A DNA stretch of 64,000 nt from Paraspadella gotoi (lineage: Eukaryota; Animalia; Chaetognatha): positions 2,407,008 through 2,471,007 of the forward strand of contig CM119266.1 in the NCBI GenBank assembly GCA_051294375.1, written 5' to 3'. The stretch's first letter is position 1; each line of letters starts with the position of its first letter. This document shows positions 49,701-62,237 of the stretch, piece by piece. The notes under the pieces are model-generated. The model saw only the letters and a program-made list of their open reading frames with translations. It did no database searches and was not told the origin of the DNA. Made by a program: the position numbers and the translations under genes.

Positions 49701-51156
49701 NNNNNNNNNNNNNNNNNNNNNNNNNNNNNNNNNNNNNNNNNNNNNNNNNNNNNNNNNNNNNNNNNNNNNNNNNNNNNNNNNNNNNNNNNNNNNNNNNNNN
49801 NNNNNNNNNNNNNNNNNNNNNNNNNNNNNNNNNNNNNNNNNNNNNNNNNNNNNNNNNNNNNNNNNNNNNNNNNNNNNNNNNNNNNNNNNNNNNNNNNNNN
49901 NNNNNNNNNNNNNNNNNNNNNNNNNNNNNNNNNNNNNNNNNNNNNNNNNNNNNNNNNNNNNNNNNNNNNNNNNNNNNNNNNNNNNNNNNCTCCCACCCCT
50001 GCCCCAAATCTAGCGACCAGATTACTACTAAACGATCGACCAATCAAATTCTCGCATTCGCGGTTTCCAAGACGACGACGTCGCCATTTTTCATTCCGTC
50101 ACCTCAAAAGTAAAATTTTCTCCTGAGATTTGTCGAATTTGTCACTGGTGACGTCGCAGTAATGAAAAAAAAAAAAGAATAAAAAAATTGTGGCTCAGAT
50201 TGCGAGACCGGACTACCATATTAAAGGGAACCGTTACCGCGACGAGAGGCACTTTTGGCCGAATCATTGGCAATTTCGTGAGACCGATTGGCAATTTCGA
50301 CCTACAGGTGGCGATAGTGGCAGAAAAAAAAGGGCGCTCTTAAAGGGGGGGGGGCAGCGGCACTTCGGCCAAAAAGGGGACACTTATAACAAAAAGCTAG
50401 CAATAAAGCTGAACAGGTGTCGCTAGTTGTACCAATTTCATAAGACAATAAGTATAACATTAACAAACAGAGTCCTCGTTCATTTGACAGTTTGTATCAT
50501 CCACATAATATCAAAAAAAAAAGACTGAGGAGGTCAGAAAACAAATATTCTCACTCTGCCTTAACGCTGGGATTTCTTTGACTAAGAAAAATAAAAAAGA
50601 AAAAAAAGGTTTTCATGGAAACCAACATCATATTGAAGAATATATTAAAAACAATAAAACGGGAGATAAATATAAAAAAATATGCAAAACCAANNNNNNN
50701 NNNNNNNNNNNNNNNNNNNNNNNNNNNNNNNNNNNNNNNNNNNNNNNNNNNNNNNNNNNNNNNNNNNNNNNNNNNNNNNNNNNNNNNNNNNNNNNNNNNN
50801 NNNNNNNNNNNNNNNNNNNNNNNNNNNNNNNNNNNNNNNNNNNNNNNNNNNNNNNNNNNNNNNNNNNNNNNNNNNNNNNNNNNNNNNNNNNNNNNNNNNN
50901 NNNNNNNNNNNNNNNNNNNNNNNNNNNNNNNNNNNNNNNNNNNNNNNNNNNNNNNNNNNNNNNNNNNNNNNNNNNNNCCCATCGATGGCAGGTCTCGAAC
51001 TCGAAGAATTTGGGGACGTTGATGATGAAGCAGAGGAGGAAGAGGATGAGCAGAACTCGTTTCGTCTTGGACTCTGAACAAAGTCTCGAATGGTAGATGG
51101 AGTCGAAGGGTTTACAGATGGCGAGGTAGCGCTCCACGCTGAGGCAGACGGTGTAC
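46765..51156 (-). CDS. Rhodopsin-class peptide GPCR, FMRFamide/myosuppressin/sex-peptide-receptor-like; partial, interrupted by gaps
   Basis: Exon 51156-50978(gap): YTVCLSVERYLAICKPF...CFIINVPKFFE (TM3 ERY, TM4). Candidate micro-exon 50581-50555. Exon (gap)48623-48480: VVIVYLLCQVP (TM6)...VAVLLIA. Exon 48262-48181: VNSSLNFLIYC...HFLRVF (TM7 NFxxY, helix 8). Tail exons 48024-47861 and, tentatively, 46853-46765 are phase-compatible. TM1-2 and TM5 are not visible. Confidence 0.85.
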
Positions 51157-54100
51157 CTGTTTACAGATGGGAAGGATCAGAGATAGGAGAGACGGTTAGA
51201 GGATATAAGATGGTAGTCAGATTGTGGAATGATGCACGATCATTTTTACTTGCGGAGCAACTCTATAAGTCACTTTTCGGTCGGTCNNNNNNNNNNNNNN
51301 NNNNNNNNNNNNNNNNNNNNNNNNNNNNNNNNNNNNNNNNNNNNNNNNNNNNNNNNNNNNNNNNNNNNNNNNNNNNNNNNNNNNNNNNNNNNNNNNNNNN
51401 NNNNNNNNNNNNNNNNNNNNNNNNNNNNNNNNNNNNNNNNNNNNNNNNNNNNNNNNNNNNNNNNNNNNNNNNNNNNNNNNNNNNNNNNNNNNNNNNNNNN
51501 NNNNNNNNNNNNNNNNNNNNNNNNNNNNNNNNNNNNNNNNNNNNNNNNNNNNNNNNNNNNNNNNNNNNNNNNNNNNNNNNNNNNNNNNNNNNNNNNNNNN
51601 NNNNNNNNNNNNNNNNNNNNNNNNNNNNGAGAGCAGAGAGGAAGAAGAGATGACGCTGAATAAAAAAAATCTTTACAACACGGGAAGGAACGATACCCTA
51701 TAATTTTAAAATGAATAAAAATAATTATTAACAAATTTAAATACAAAAATATTTCCCGAACTCGGCCGTTTTTTTTAACTTGTTCCTTTCGTTTCTTTTG
51801 ATTACCAACAAAACAAAATTTTATAAATACGAGCAGACTAGGCAAGACTTAAAAATACACAGAAACCATAAAAAATTATACCATAAGAAAAAACTAAAAA
51901 TATAAACACTTTCACTCCCTGACTCCGGATCCGCGACAGAGATTCTTTTCACAGACTTCAAATAGAAGACGAAATTTTTAGGCGGAAAAAAACGGAAAAG
52001 TGCTTTTTCTTGACTTTTATCAAGAAAACGACGAGAGCCAGAAAGGAAATAAAAAAGGAAAAAAGCGAATTTCCGTTGACGAAGTAAGACGAAAGGAAGA
52101 TTGACGAGAAGACGAACGAAGAATACGAGAGACGACGACGAAGATGACGAAGGAAGTATGTGGACGAAGACGATGTGAACGATGACATCAAAACTGACCA
52201 ACCAAAGCGACGGAAGAGGTAAAGGACAAAAGGCCGCCAGCCCGACAAAAGAAATTGAAAATGGGAGAGGACTAAAACTCGCAAAGATAACGACAAAAAA
52301 TATGAGAGGAAAGGGGCGACAAAGATGCTCAACAACGACGACTATGATTTAAGGTACAAACTACAACGGAGGATCGACGACGAAAGAAGACAACAAACGA
52401 CGACGTACAGGAAAACCAACAAAACGCGACGACACCGACGAGCATCGAGGAGCAATAAGACGCAGGCGACCGTCGACGACCAAAACGACCTTAAGTTATC
52501 GATCATTTTTTCCGAATATTTTTTTTTTCAAAAACCAAATAATTTCGATAGGTCTCCGGGTCTTGCTCTCTTCGAGAAAATTCTGGAAAAAATGATCTCG
52601 AGTAATTTTTTCAAGAAAATTGTGTCTCTTTTCTTAGAAATCAAAATTTCCAGCAAAAGGAAAAAATTCAATAGTTTCGCTTCAAAACGAAAAAATTCAT
52701 TTTACCCAATAATCAGTTTTCCCGCCAAAAACAAACTCGAGTCTCGTTTTCGATTTTGTTTCCCTTTTGTTTTCAATTCTGTTTCCCTTTTGTCTCGATT
52801 CCGTTTCCAATTTTCTTCCTCACTTCATTTACAAAAAAATAAGAGAAATTTGAAACTAAATCGATTTGACGACGACGACGAAGACGACGACGAAAACGGG
52901 GGGGGGGAACTCAGTCGACCGCAAAACAGAAAAAATCGACGAGGACACGCAACAACGACGACGACAGCAACGAGCCTTTTAGCAATTATTGGTCCAAATG
53001 TTTTGGTGTTCGGGTCATTTGATTGGACCCCTGTTTATCGAACGGCGGAAGTCAAATTTTACCAGATATATTTACAGAGGGTGGGTGTCGTTCCAAAGTT
53101 GTATGGTAAGGTTTTTCTTGGTGACAGCAGATGGAATCGAAGACCCGACTCGAGGGTAAGTCGAGGCTGAGTCACCGGTCNNNNNNNNNNCTTCGCGTGA
53201 GTCGCGCGTGAAAGACCAATTGTGAAATTAAAAAAAAGGGAAGGAAGGAAAGAAGGAAGGAACGAGGTCGTCGGGAAATTAATGGCTTCCATCTAATTAA
53301 TCATAGAGAGGGGGAGAGAGAAAGGGGGGTAAAGGAGGGGGGGAAAGAAATAGAGACAGAGAGCGAGAGAGTGAGAGAGAGCAAGAGGGAGAGGAGAAAG
53401 TAGAAACTAAACAGAGGAAGAAAAATGATTGGGAGTCAACCTTTTTAATTTTTAAACTCATTTTTCATGAGTCATAAATGGAAAGACGGTTTTTAATTTA
53501 ACTGGAAGATGAATGGACGAAGGGATTAACAGAGGGACGGACGGACGGACCTCAAACGTTGGGACTTGGGAGTGTGAGAAATGAAAGAATAACTTTTGAA
53601 AAGGAAACGAACTGACTTTGGGTGAGGAAGTCGCTCTGAGGTAAGGAACGGGGAGAGAAGGAAAATATCAAGAGAGGAGAAAGTTGGATGAAAGAAAAAG
53701 AGGGAAAAGGAAAAAAGAATGGATGAAGAAAAGGTTATGTCTGAGTCTCTCTTGCCCTCTAATATCTTTATGCTTATTATTTTTACCTTTGGTTAAACGT
53801 GAATCGTTTTAACTCAGCAGAAACTACGATTGCCCGGACGAAATCAATTTCTACGGGTTTTTTGGAGATATTAATCGTTTTTAATGTGCTTTTAATAAAA
53901 CTTATAAACTCGTATACAACTTGCTTTTACTCTTATAAAAGACCCACGTTTAATTCTTTTGACGGGCATCATCTCGAACGACCGAAATCACGGGCGAGAA
54001 GCAGGAAAATACTTCACAGTAGAAATTGTGAACCTGCTTTGTGAACTCGACATCCAATAAAAACATTTCTGTAAAAAAAAACCAAAAAACACCTTCGTAA

Positions 54101-54589
54101 AGAACTCTTCTTTTAAGTCGCCGCTCGTAATTAAACAAAAAACATATCGAATAATAACGATATCATGGAGTATCTCGAAGAAATAGACACGTCGCTCGCC
54201 GGTCGCCGGTCGCTCGTCGCCGGTCGCTCGTCGCCGGTCTCACTCTCAGTTTCTACGAAATATTTCAAAGATTTGAAAAGTGATAAATTTAATTAGATCT
54301 AAATTTAGATGGAATGTAAACGTCGAATCGAACAAATTTGGAAAAGAAAAAGGGCGTTACAAAAAAAAGACAATAAAGAGAAAAAAAAAGTAATTTATGT
54401 ACATATAAAATACTGAAGAAATAAAACAAATGAAAGTAATTTAAAGATAAAAAGTACTAAAATCGTCATTACAAAAAAAGAAAAATACAAATAAAGGAAT
54501 AACAGCATAAAAGCCTCGAAAGTTGTCAATGAGAACCGTCGCAGAATTGTAAGGAAAGATTAAGAAGAGAGTAATTATCAATTAAAGAG

Positions 54590-54633
<44 letters not shown>

Positions 54634-54861
54634 TGAGCTAATTTGAAAACAAGAAGCTTCCTCATTCGGGGAGGATTCAATGTTTTCAATCAAATCGCAA
54701 TAAAGATTTTAGGATTCCACGATATAATTTAAAGGTCATTTTTTTCAAGGTGCTTTAGGCAAGAAGTTAAATATATTAAGTAAATTTAACATTATTGGCT
54801 TTTTATTCATATTTTTAATGTGTGTTTTTTTTTCATCGTGAAGAAAATATTCTGTATTGAA

Positions 54862-54938
54862 TTCTTTTCTTTTCTTTTCTTTTCTTTTCTTTTCTTTTCT
54901 TTTCTTTTCTTTTCTTTTCTTTTCTTTTCTTTTCTTTT
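54862..54938 (+). repeat. (TTTTC)n pentanucleotide microsatellite
   Basis: Direct reading; noisy copy at ~59901-60040. Confidence 0.95.
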
Positions 54939-55159
54939 TTCCTTCCTATGCTTCAATTTAATTTTTCTTTTCCGAAGAAAAACTTTTCAAATATTCTCTC
55001 ATATTAGCATTTCGTCACCTCGGTATCCAACAAAAAAAGGGATTTTTTTCAAGAGTTAGGATGCTTAATGATCCCCCTGGGATATCAGTGTCTGGACATA
55101 GGACGAGAGATGAGAGAGAGAGAGAGAAAGAAGGGGCTTAAGAGGTAAGGGAAGGAGAG

Positions 55160-55198
<39 letters not shown>

Positions 55199-56124
55199 TT
55201 GATTAGAAATTGATGGAAGAAGGAAAAAGGGAAAAAGAAAACGGAGGAAAGGAAAGGAAAGGAAGAGAAGCAGAACACTGAATGACATAAAATGGTTGGG
55301 AGCATCGATGCGAGAAGAAATTAAAAGAGAAGCGAAATAAAATGNNNNNNNNNNNNNNNNNNNNNNNNNNNNNNNNNNNNNNNNNNNNNNNNNNNNNNNN
55401 NNNNNNNNNNNNNNNNNNNNNNNNNNNNNNNNNNNNNNNNNNNNNNNNNNNNNNNNNNNNNNNNNNNNNNNNNNNNNNNNNNNNNNNNNNNNNNNNNNNN
55501 NNNNNNNNNNNNNNNNNNNNNNNNNNNNNNNNNNNNNNNNNNNNNNNNNNNNNNNNNNNNNNNNNNNNNNNNNNNNNNNNNNNNNNNGGCCAAGCGATGG
55601 ATGAGGAAGAAATAAAGATGTTTAATCATAGAAAAAGTTTTAAAAAATCAAAAATAAATACATAAATAAATGGAAACAAGATAATAAAAATAAAAGAAAA
55701 CCAAAATAAGAAAAGGGTGTAAACATTGTCCTTTGGTTTCGCCTTAGTCTTGGCACTTGGCAATCCATTTTAAATCCATTCTCAGTCCGTTGCCATTTTC
55801 TCCTCTATCATTATGGTTAGCCAGATATGACAGAGAATTCAAAATTTATATATGTATGTATGTATGTACAGATGAAATCAAAAAGTTATTTGGTTTTCTG
55901 CGTCAAATCTCATTGACGTGAAACGCTGCAATCAGAATACATATAATCTCGCAAAAAGTCGAGAATAAATTGGAAAGTTCAAAGTTGCAGTTTAGAAGGT
56001 TTGTGCAAATTCGAAATTTGGAAGAGAAGAAAGTTGAAATCGAGATTTGGTTCAAAGTTTCCAGAAATCTTTTGTCCCTTTCGTCTCCCCATTTACCCGN
56101 NNNNNNNNNNNNNNNNNNNNNNNN

Positions 56125-59100
56125 GAGAGCAGAGAGGAAGAAGAGATGACGCTGAATAAAAAAAATCTTTACAACACGGGAAGGAACGATACCCTATAAT
56201 TTTAAAATGAATAAAAATAATTATTAACAAATTTAAATACAAAAATATTTCCCGAACTCGGCCGTTTTTTTTAACTTGTTCCTTTCGTTTCTTTTGATTA
56301 CCAACAAAACAAAATTTTATAAATACGAGCAGACTAGGCAAGACTTAAAAATACACAGAAACCATAAAAAATTATACCATAAGAAAAAACTAAAAATATA
56401 AACACTTTCACTCCCTGACTCCGGATCCGCGACAGAGATTCTTTTCACAGACTTCAAATAGAAGACGAAATTTTTAGGCGGAAAAAAACGGAAAAGTGCT
56501 TTTTCTTGACTTTTATCAAGAAAACGACGAGAGCCAGAAAGGAAATAAAAAAGGAAAAAAGCGAATTTCCGTTGACGAAGTAAGACGAAAGGAAGATTGA
56601 CGAGAAGACGAACGAAGAATACGAGAGACGACGACGAAGATGACGAAGGAAGTATGTGGACGAAGACGATGTGAACGATGACATCAAAACTGACCAACCA
56701 AAGCGACGGAAGAGGTAAAGGACAAAAGGCCGCCAGCCCGACAAAAGAAATTGAAAATGGGAGAGGACTAAAACTCGCAAAGATAACGACAAAAAATATG
56801 AGAGGAAAGGGGCGACAAAGATGCTCAACAACGACGACTATGATTTAAGGTACAAACTACAACGTGATGGACGACGACGAAGAAGACAAACAAAGACGAC
56901 GTACAGGAATAACATCAACAAAAACGACGACGAACGACCGAAGTCATGAGGAGCAATAAGACGTCAGCCTACCGTACGACCAAAACGACCTTTAAGTTAT
57001 CGATCATTTTTTCCGAATATTTTTTTTTTTCAAAAACCAAATTTTCGATAGTGTCTCCGGGCGTTCTTGCTTCTCTTCGAGAGAAAAATTCTGTCGGGAA
57101 AAAAAATTGATCATCGAGTTAATTTTTTTCCAAAGAAAATTCGTGTCTCTTTTCTTAGAAATTCAAAATTTCCAGCAAAAGTGAAAAAATTCAATAGTTT
57201 TTCGGGCTTCAAAAAGCGAAAAAAAAATCCATTCTTACCCCAAAAAATCCAGTTCCCGCCCAAAAACAAACTCGAGTTCTCGTCTTTTGCGATTTTGTTT
57301 TTCCCTTTTGTTTTCATTCTGTTTCCTCTTTTGTTCTCGATGTCCGTTTCCTAATTTGTCTGTCCTCACTTTCATTTACAAAAAAACATATGAGAAATTT
57401 GAAACTAAAATCGATAATTTGACGACGGACGGTAAGGAAGACGACGACCGAAAACGTTTTTCGGGGTCGGGAAACTCAGTGCGCCATACCGCAAAGCGCA
57501 AACGCATGACCAACCCATACTGGCATAAAAAATCGTACGGAGGACACGCGACAACAACGGACGACGACAGCAAACGAGCCTTTTTAGCAATATGTTCCAA
57601 AATGTTTTGGTTGTTCGGGTCATTTGATTGGACCCTGTTATCGCAATCGTGATCGGAAGTCAAATTCTTTACCAGATATTATTTACAGAGGGTGTGGGTT
57701 GTTTCGTCCAAAGTTGTTTTATGGGTAAGGTTTTTCTTTGGTGACAGCAGAATGGAATCGGAGACCCGACTACCGAGCGGAAGTCGAGCGCTGCAGTCAC
57801 CGACAGCGACGGGACTTTCGCGTGTAGTCGCGCGTTGGAAAAGGACCAACTTGATGAAATTAACAAAAAAGGGAAGCGAAGGATAAGAAGGACAGGAACG
57901 AGTTCGTCGGGAAATACGGGAAAATTTATTAATGGCTTTCCATCTCATAATAAATCATAGAGAGTGTGGGAGAGAGAATAGGGGGTAAAGGAGGGGGGAA
58001 CAAACAGAAAAAATAGAGAGCAGAGAGCGAGAGAGTCGAGGGAGAGGCAAGAGCGGACGAGGAGAGATGAAAGGTTAGGAAAACTTAAAACAGAGGAAGA
58101 AACAAATGATTGGGAGTCAACCTTTTTTCTTTAATTTTTTTAAACTCCATTTTTTTCGATGAGTCATAAATGGAAAAGACGTGTTTTTTAAATTTAACTG
58201 GAAGAATATTGAGATGGACGAAGGGAATTGATCTAACAGAGGGACGATACGGACGGACTTCAAACGTTGGGACTTGGGAAGAGTGTGAGAAATTGAAAGA
58301 ATAACTTTGTGAAAGAAACGAACTGACTTTGGTGAGGAAGTCGCTTTCTGAGGTAAGGGAACGGGCGTGGGAGAGCAAGCGAAATACTCAAGAGAGGAGA
58401 AAGTTGGAAATGAAAGAAAAAGACGGGAAAACGGAAAAAAGAATGGGATGAAGAAAAGGTTATGTCTGAGTCTTCTTCTTTGCCCTCTTAATAATATCTT
58501 ATGCCTTATTATTAACCTTTGGGTTAACGTGAATCGTTTAACTCCAGCAGAACTACCGATTGCCGGACGAAATCAATTTTTCCTACGGGTTTTTGGAGAT
58601 ATTAATCTTTTAATGTGTGCTTTTATTAAAACTTTTAATTAAATCGTATACAACTTGCTCTTTTACTCTTTATAAAAAGACCCCACGGTTTTAAATTCTT
58701 TTGAACGGGCATCATCTTCGAACGACCGAAAAAATCACGGGCCGAGAGAAGCGAAAATACTTCACAGTAGAAATTCGTGAAACCTGCTTTGTATACTCTC
58801 GACATCCCAATTAAAACATTTTCTGCTAAAAAAATATACCAAAAAAAACACCCCTTTCCGTAAAGAGAACATACGCATCGTTTTGAACAGAAAGTCGCCG
58901 CTTCGTAAATGTTACAACCAACAAAAACATTTCACATACCACTCGATAACACCTATACCGGACTATTCATGGAGCTATTTTCTCGAAGATAATAGACAAA
59001 CCCCCCGTCGTTCGCCTGTCCGGAGTCGCCGGCTTGCCCGTCGCTCCGGTTCGCCGGTCGCCGGTTGCCCGTTCGCCGGTCGCCCCGTCGCCGGTCGCCC

Positions 59101-61426
59101 CGTCTCGCCCGGGTCTCACCTCTCTAGTTCTTTTCTAACGAAAATATCAAAGATTGAAAAGTGAATAAATTTTATTAGATTCTATCTAAATTGTTAGATG
59201 GAATGTAAACGTCGAATAATCGAACAAATTTGGGAGAAAGAAAAAGGTGACGTTACAAAAGAAATTACAAATAAAAGAGAAAGAAAAAAGAGTAATTATG
59301 TACATATTAAAATACTGAATAAATAAACTAAATGAAAGTGTAAGACCCAGTAATTCAAGCATTAAAACAAGTCCCACTAAAAATCGTCATTACAAAACAA
59401 AAGAAAAATAAAATAATTACAAATAAAGAATAACAGCATAAAAAAGCCGCTCCCTTCCGGAAACGTTTATCAATTCGAGACCGTTTCGCAGAATTGTAAG
59501 GAAAGCCATTTAAGAAGGAGTAGTATTATTCAATACAGAGGATGAGAGAGAGAGACCCACTCTCAGCCCCGTTCTGACAGAGAAGGAGATGAGGAGAGAG
59601 ATGACGAGAAGATCGCTTGAGAGATGAGAAGAGATGATGTTAATGAGCTAATTTTGAAAACAAAGAAAAAGAAGCTTCCTCATTCATTCGAGGATTCAAT
59701 GATTTTTCAATCAAATCGCAATAAAGAATTTTAGGATTTCCACGATTAAATTTAAAGCGTTCATTTTTTCAACGGTGCTTTTAGACAAGAAGGGTTAAAT
59801 ATATTAAGTACCATTTAACATTATTGGCTTTTATTCAATATTTTTTTTAATGTGTGTTTTTTTTTTTTTTCATCGTTGATAGAAAATATTCTGTATTGAA
59901 TTCTTTTCTTTCTTTTCTTTTTCTTTTCTTTCTTTTCTTTCTTTTCGTTTTCTTTTTCTTTTCTTTTTCTTTTCTTTTCTTCTTTCTTTTCTTTTTTTTT
60001 CTTTTCTTTTCCTTTTTTTTCTTTTTCTTTTCTTTCTTTTTCCCTTCCTATGCTTCAAACTTTTAATTTTTCTTTTCCGTAAGAAAAACCTTTTTCAAAT
60101 ATTTTTTTCCTCTTCATATTTTATGCTATATTTTTTTCTCGCTTTCACTTTTTTTGTTCGTTATTCCAACAAAAAAAGGGATTTTTTTCAAGAGTTAGGG
60201 ATCCTTAATGATCCCCCTGGGATATCAGTGGTCCAAGGACATGAGTAGACGAGAGATGAGAGAGAGAGAGACAAAGAAGGCCGGTAAGAGGTAAGGGGAA
60301 GGGAGAGAGGAGATCGAGAGGGAGGTGACGACGGAGAACCTGTCACATTTCACACAATTGCGACGAGGGATGCTTGAAGAGGCATCTTCACGCGGATATT
60401 TGTATATTAGAAAACCATTGATAGGAGCAATGGAAAAAAGGCGAAACAAGAAGAACGGTCAGTCGAAAGACGAAAGGAAAGGAAAGGAAGAAGGCAGCAA
60501 CACTGAAGTCGACACATAAAATGTGCTTGCGCGAGCATCGATTGCTGGAAGAAATTCAAAAGCAGAGAAGCCGAAGACAAACAACAAAAGACAATTTAAA
60601 TCAGATCGGAACGACAACTAATTGGAAAACGAAAATAATGGCCGTACCATCAAGACGATTAATTGCGAAAAATTGAGAATACAGTAAATAAGATGTCTCC
60701 TTAATCATTAGAACAACAAGATTCCTTCATTCTTTTTTTTTAAAAAACTCAAGAAAAAAATACATAAAATATAAATGATCAACATACGCCGATAATAAAA
60801 CAAAATATCAACCCACATCGAAACCAAAATAAAGCTGCAAAAAGCCGTTGTCTTTTGTAAACCATTCTTCCCTTTGGTTCTCCAATTAGTCTTCCGCAGG
60901 CACTTGGCAAATCCGCATTTTCAAATTCCTCATTCACTCCGAGTCCGTGCCCAATTTTCTCACCCATCTATGCATCTATATCGGGTTAGCCCAATCGTAC
61001 TACTCCAGACGGAATTAGGCCAAAATTTATATATGAAATTGGTATCAACCAATATTAACAAATTATCACCATATTTAATAAAATGACTATTCGTATTGTA
61101 TGTAATGATAGAAATAATCCAAAAATAGATTTATTCATCGATAGATTTTTTACTGCGTCAAATTCCTCGTCGTAATGGACGTATGAAACGCCGTTGCAAT
61201 CAGAAATACATATTTACATCTCGCCATACACCAATAAGGTCCTACGACGAGATCGAACTAAATCTCGCGAACAAGTTTCTAAAGTGCCCTAGCTTTTTTT
61301 AGCAAGGTTGTGCAAATTCGCAAATTTGGAAGAGAAGATAAGTTGCTGAAATCGCAGATTGTTCAAGTATCAATCTCAAGTAATCCTCTTTCTAATAATC
61401 CCTTTTCGTCTCTCCATTCCTACCCG
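56125..61426 (+). repeat. Tandem copy of 51629-56099; probable assembly/gap-filling artefact
   Basis: 56125-56864 reads as identical to 51629-52368 (offset 4496; identical ORFs in the track), then changes abruptly to an insertion-rich copy. It starts after a 25-N gap, and noisy sequence continues to another 25-N gap at 62116. Confidence 0.88.
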
Positions 61427-62140
61427 CGAGACGCCCACCCCCCACCGCCCCACCACCCGCCCTCCTCAACATTCCAAGTCATTTAAATCCCCCCCAAATC
61501 CGTTATTAAAATCTCATTTGCATACATAGAGACTTTTATTGCGAATTGGAAAAAGAAATCTGCATAATCATTAACCGTCGCATCATTCGAATTTATTCAT
61601 GGCCGCAGTTTTTGAGTTTCGTGGACCAAAACGAAGCGAAAAGAAAGGAAAGTACGTCTTAAAGATATTGTGAAAATAAAAAGTAATAAATTAATATTTA
61701 ATAAAACAAAAGTACAAAATTTGTATCACCGATCAGTCGGTATTCAATTTTGGCGAAAATAACAATCTCTACACTTTACATCTCACTTTACACTGTTACT
61801 GTTTATGATTATGTTAATACTGTTTTTGGTATTAAAAAAAAAAGGAGTTTGTGAAAATTATTATCTCGCAATAAAGCCCCGCAAGTATTGAAGAAAATAT
61901 CCTAACAAAATTTTACCAAGACCCTCGTTAGGTGTTTGAACATTCTCTCGACAGGCTTTTTGCTCAAAGCATCTCACCAGTTGTTAGTAAAGAGTTAGTA
62001 AAGATTACAATCTCTCAACAACCCTCCGCCTCTAATCAAGCTTTCACGAACACCCAAAATGTAGTAAATAATCTCAACAGGCTCTTTGCCTACGGCTACT
62101 GCTCATATCTCCAGCNNNNNNNNNNNNNNNNNNNNNNNNN

Positions 62141-62237
62141 GGGTCGTGATGTTGAAAGTAGTTGTCGAGTCCCGCGCGGTAGGAAGATGGCGATCTCACC
62201 GATGCCGAGCGATCACGGCGTCGGTGATGGGCGATGC
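62141..62237 (-). CDS. Isolated exon-like segment of an unidentified gene
   Basis: Long polypyrimidine tract plus CACAG acceptor; only the phase-1 frame is open (IAHHRRRDRSASVRSPSSYRAGLDNYFQHHD); runs into a gap. Confidence 0.35.

Noticed and set aside
50251-50377. Short inverted repeat CTTTTGGCCGAA / TTCGGCCAAAA suggesting a MITE
   Set aside because: Only ~11-12 bp, one copy in the window and no target-site duplication visible.
49339-51845. Long ORFs in the track containing X runs (also near 26.8, 40.5, 55.3 and 62.7 kb)
   Set aside because: They are open only because of N gaps; only the GPCR exon 51156-50978 is supported.
52325-53170. 281-aa plus-strand ORF
   Set aside because: Low-complexity GAC-, A- and T-rich sequence with no domain; it looks like the antisense of a UTR.
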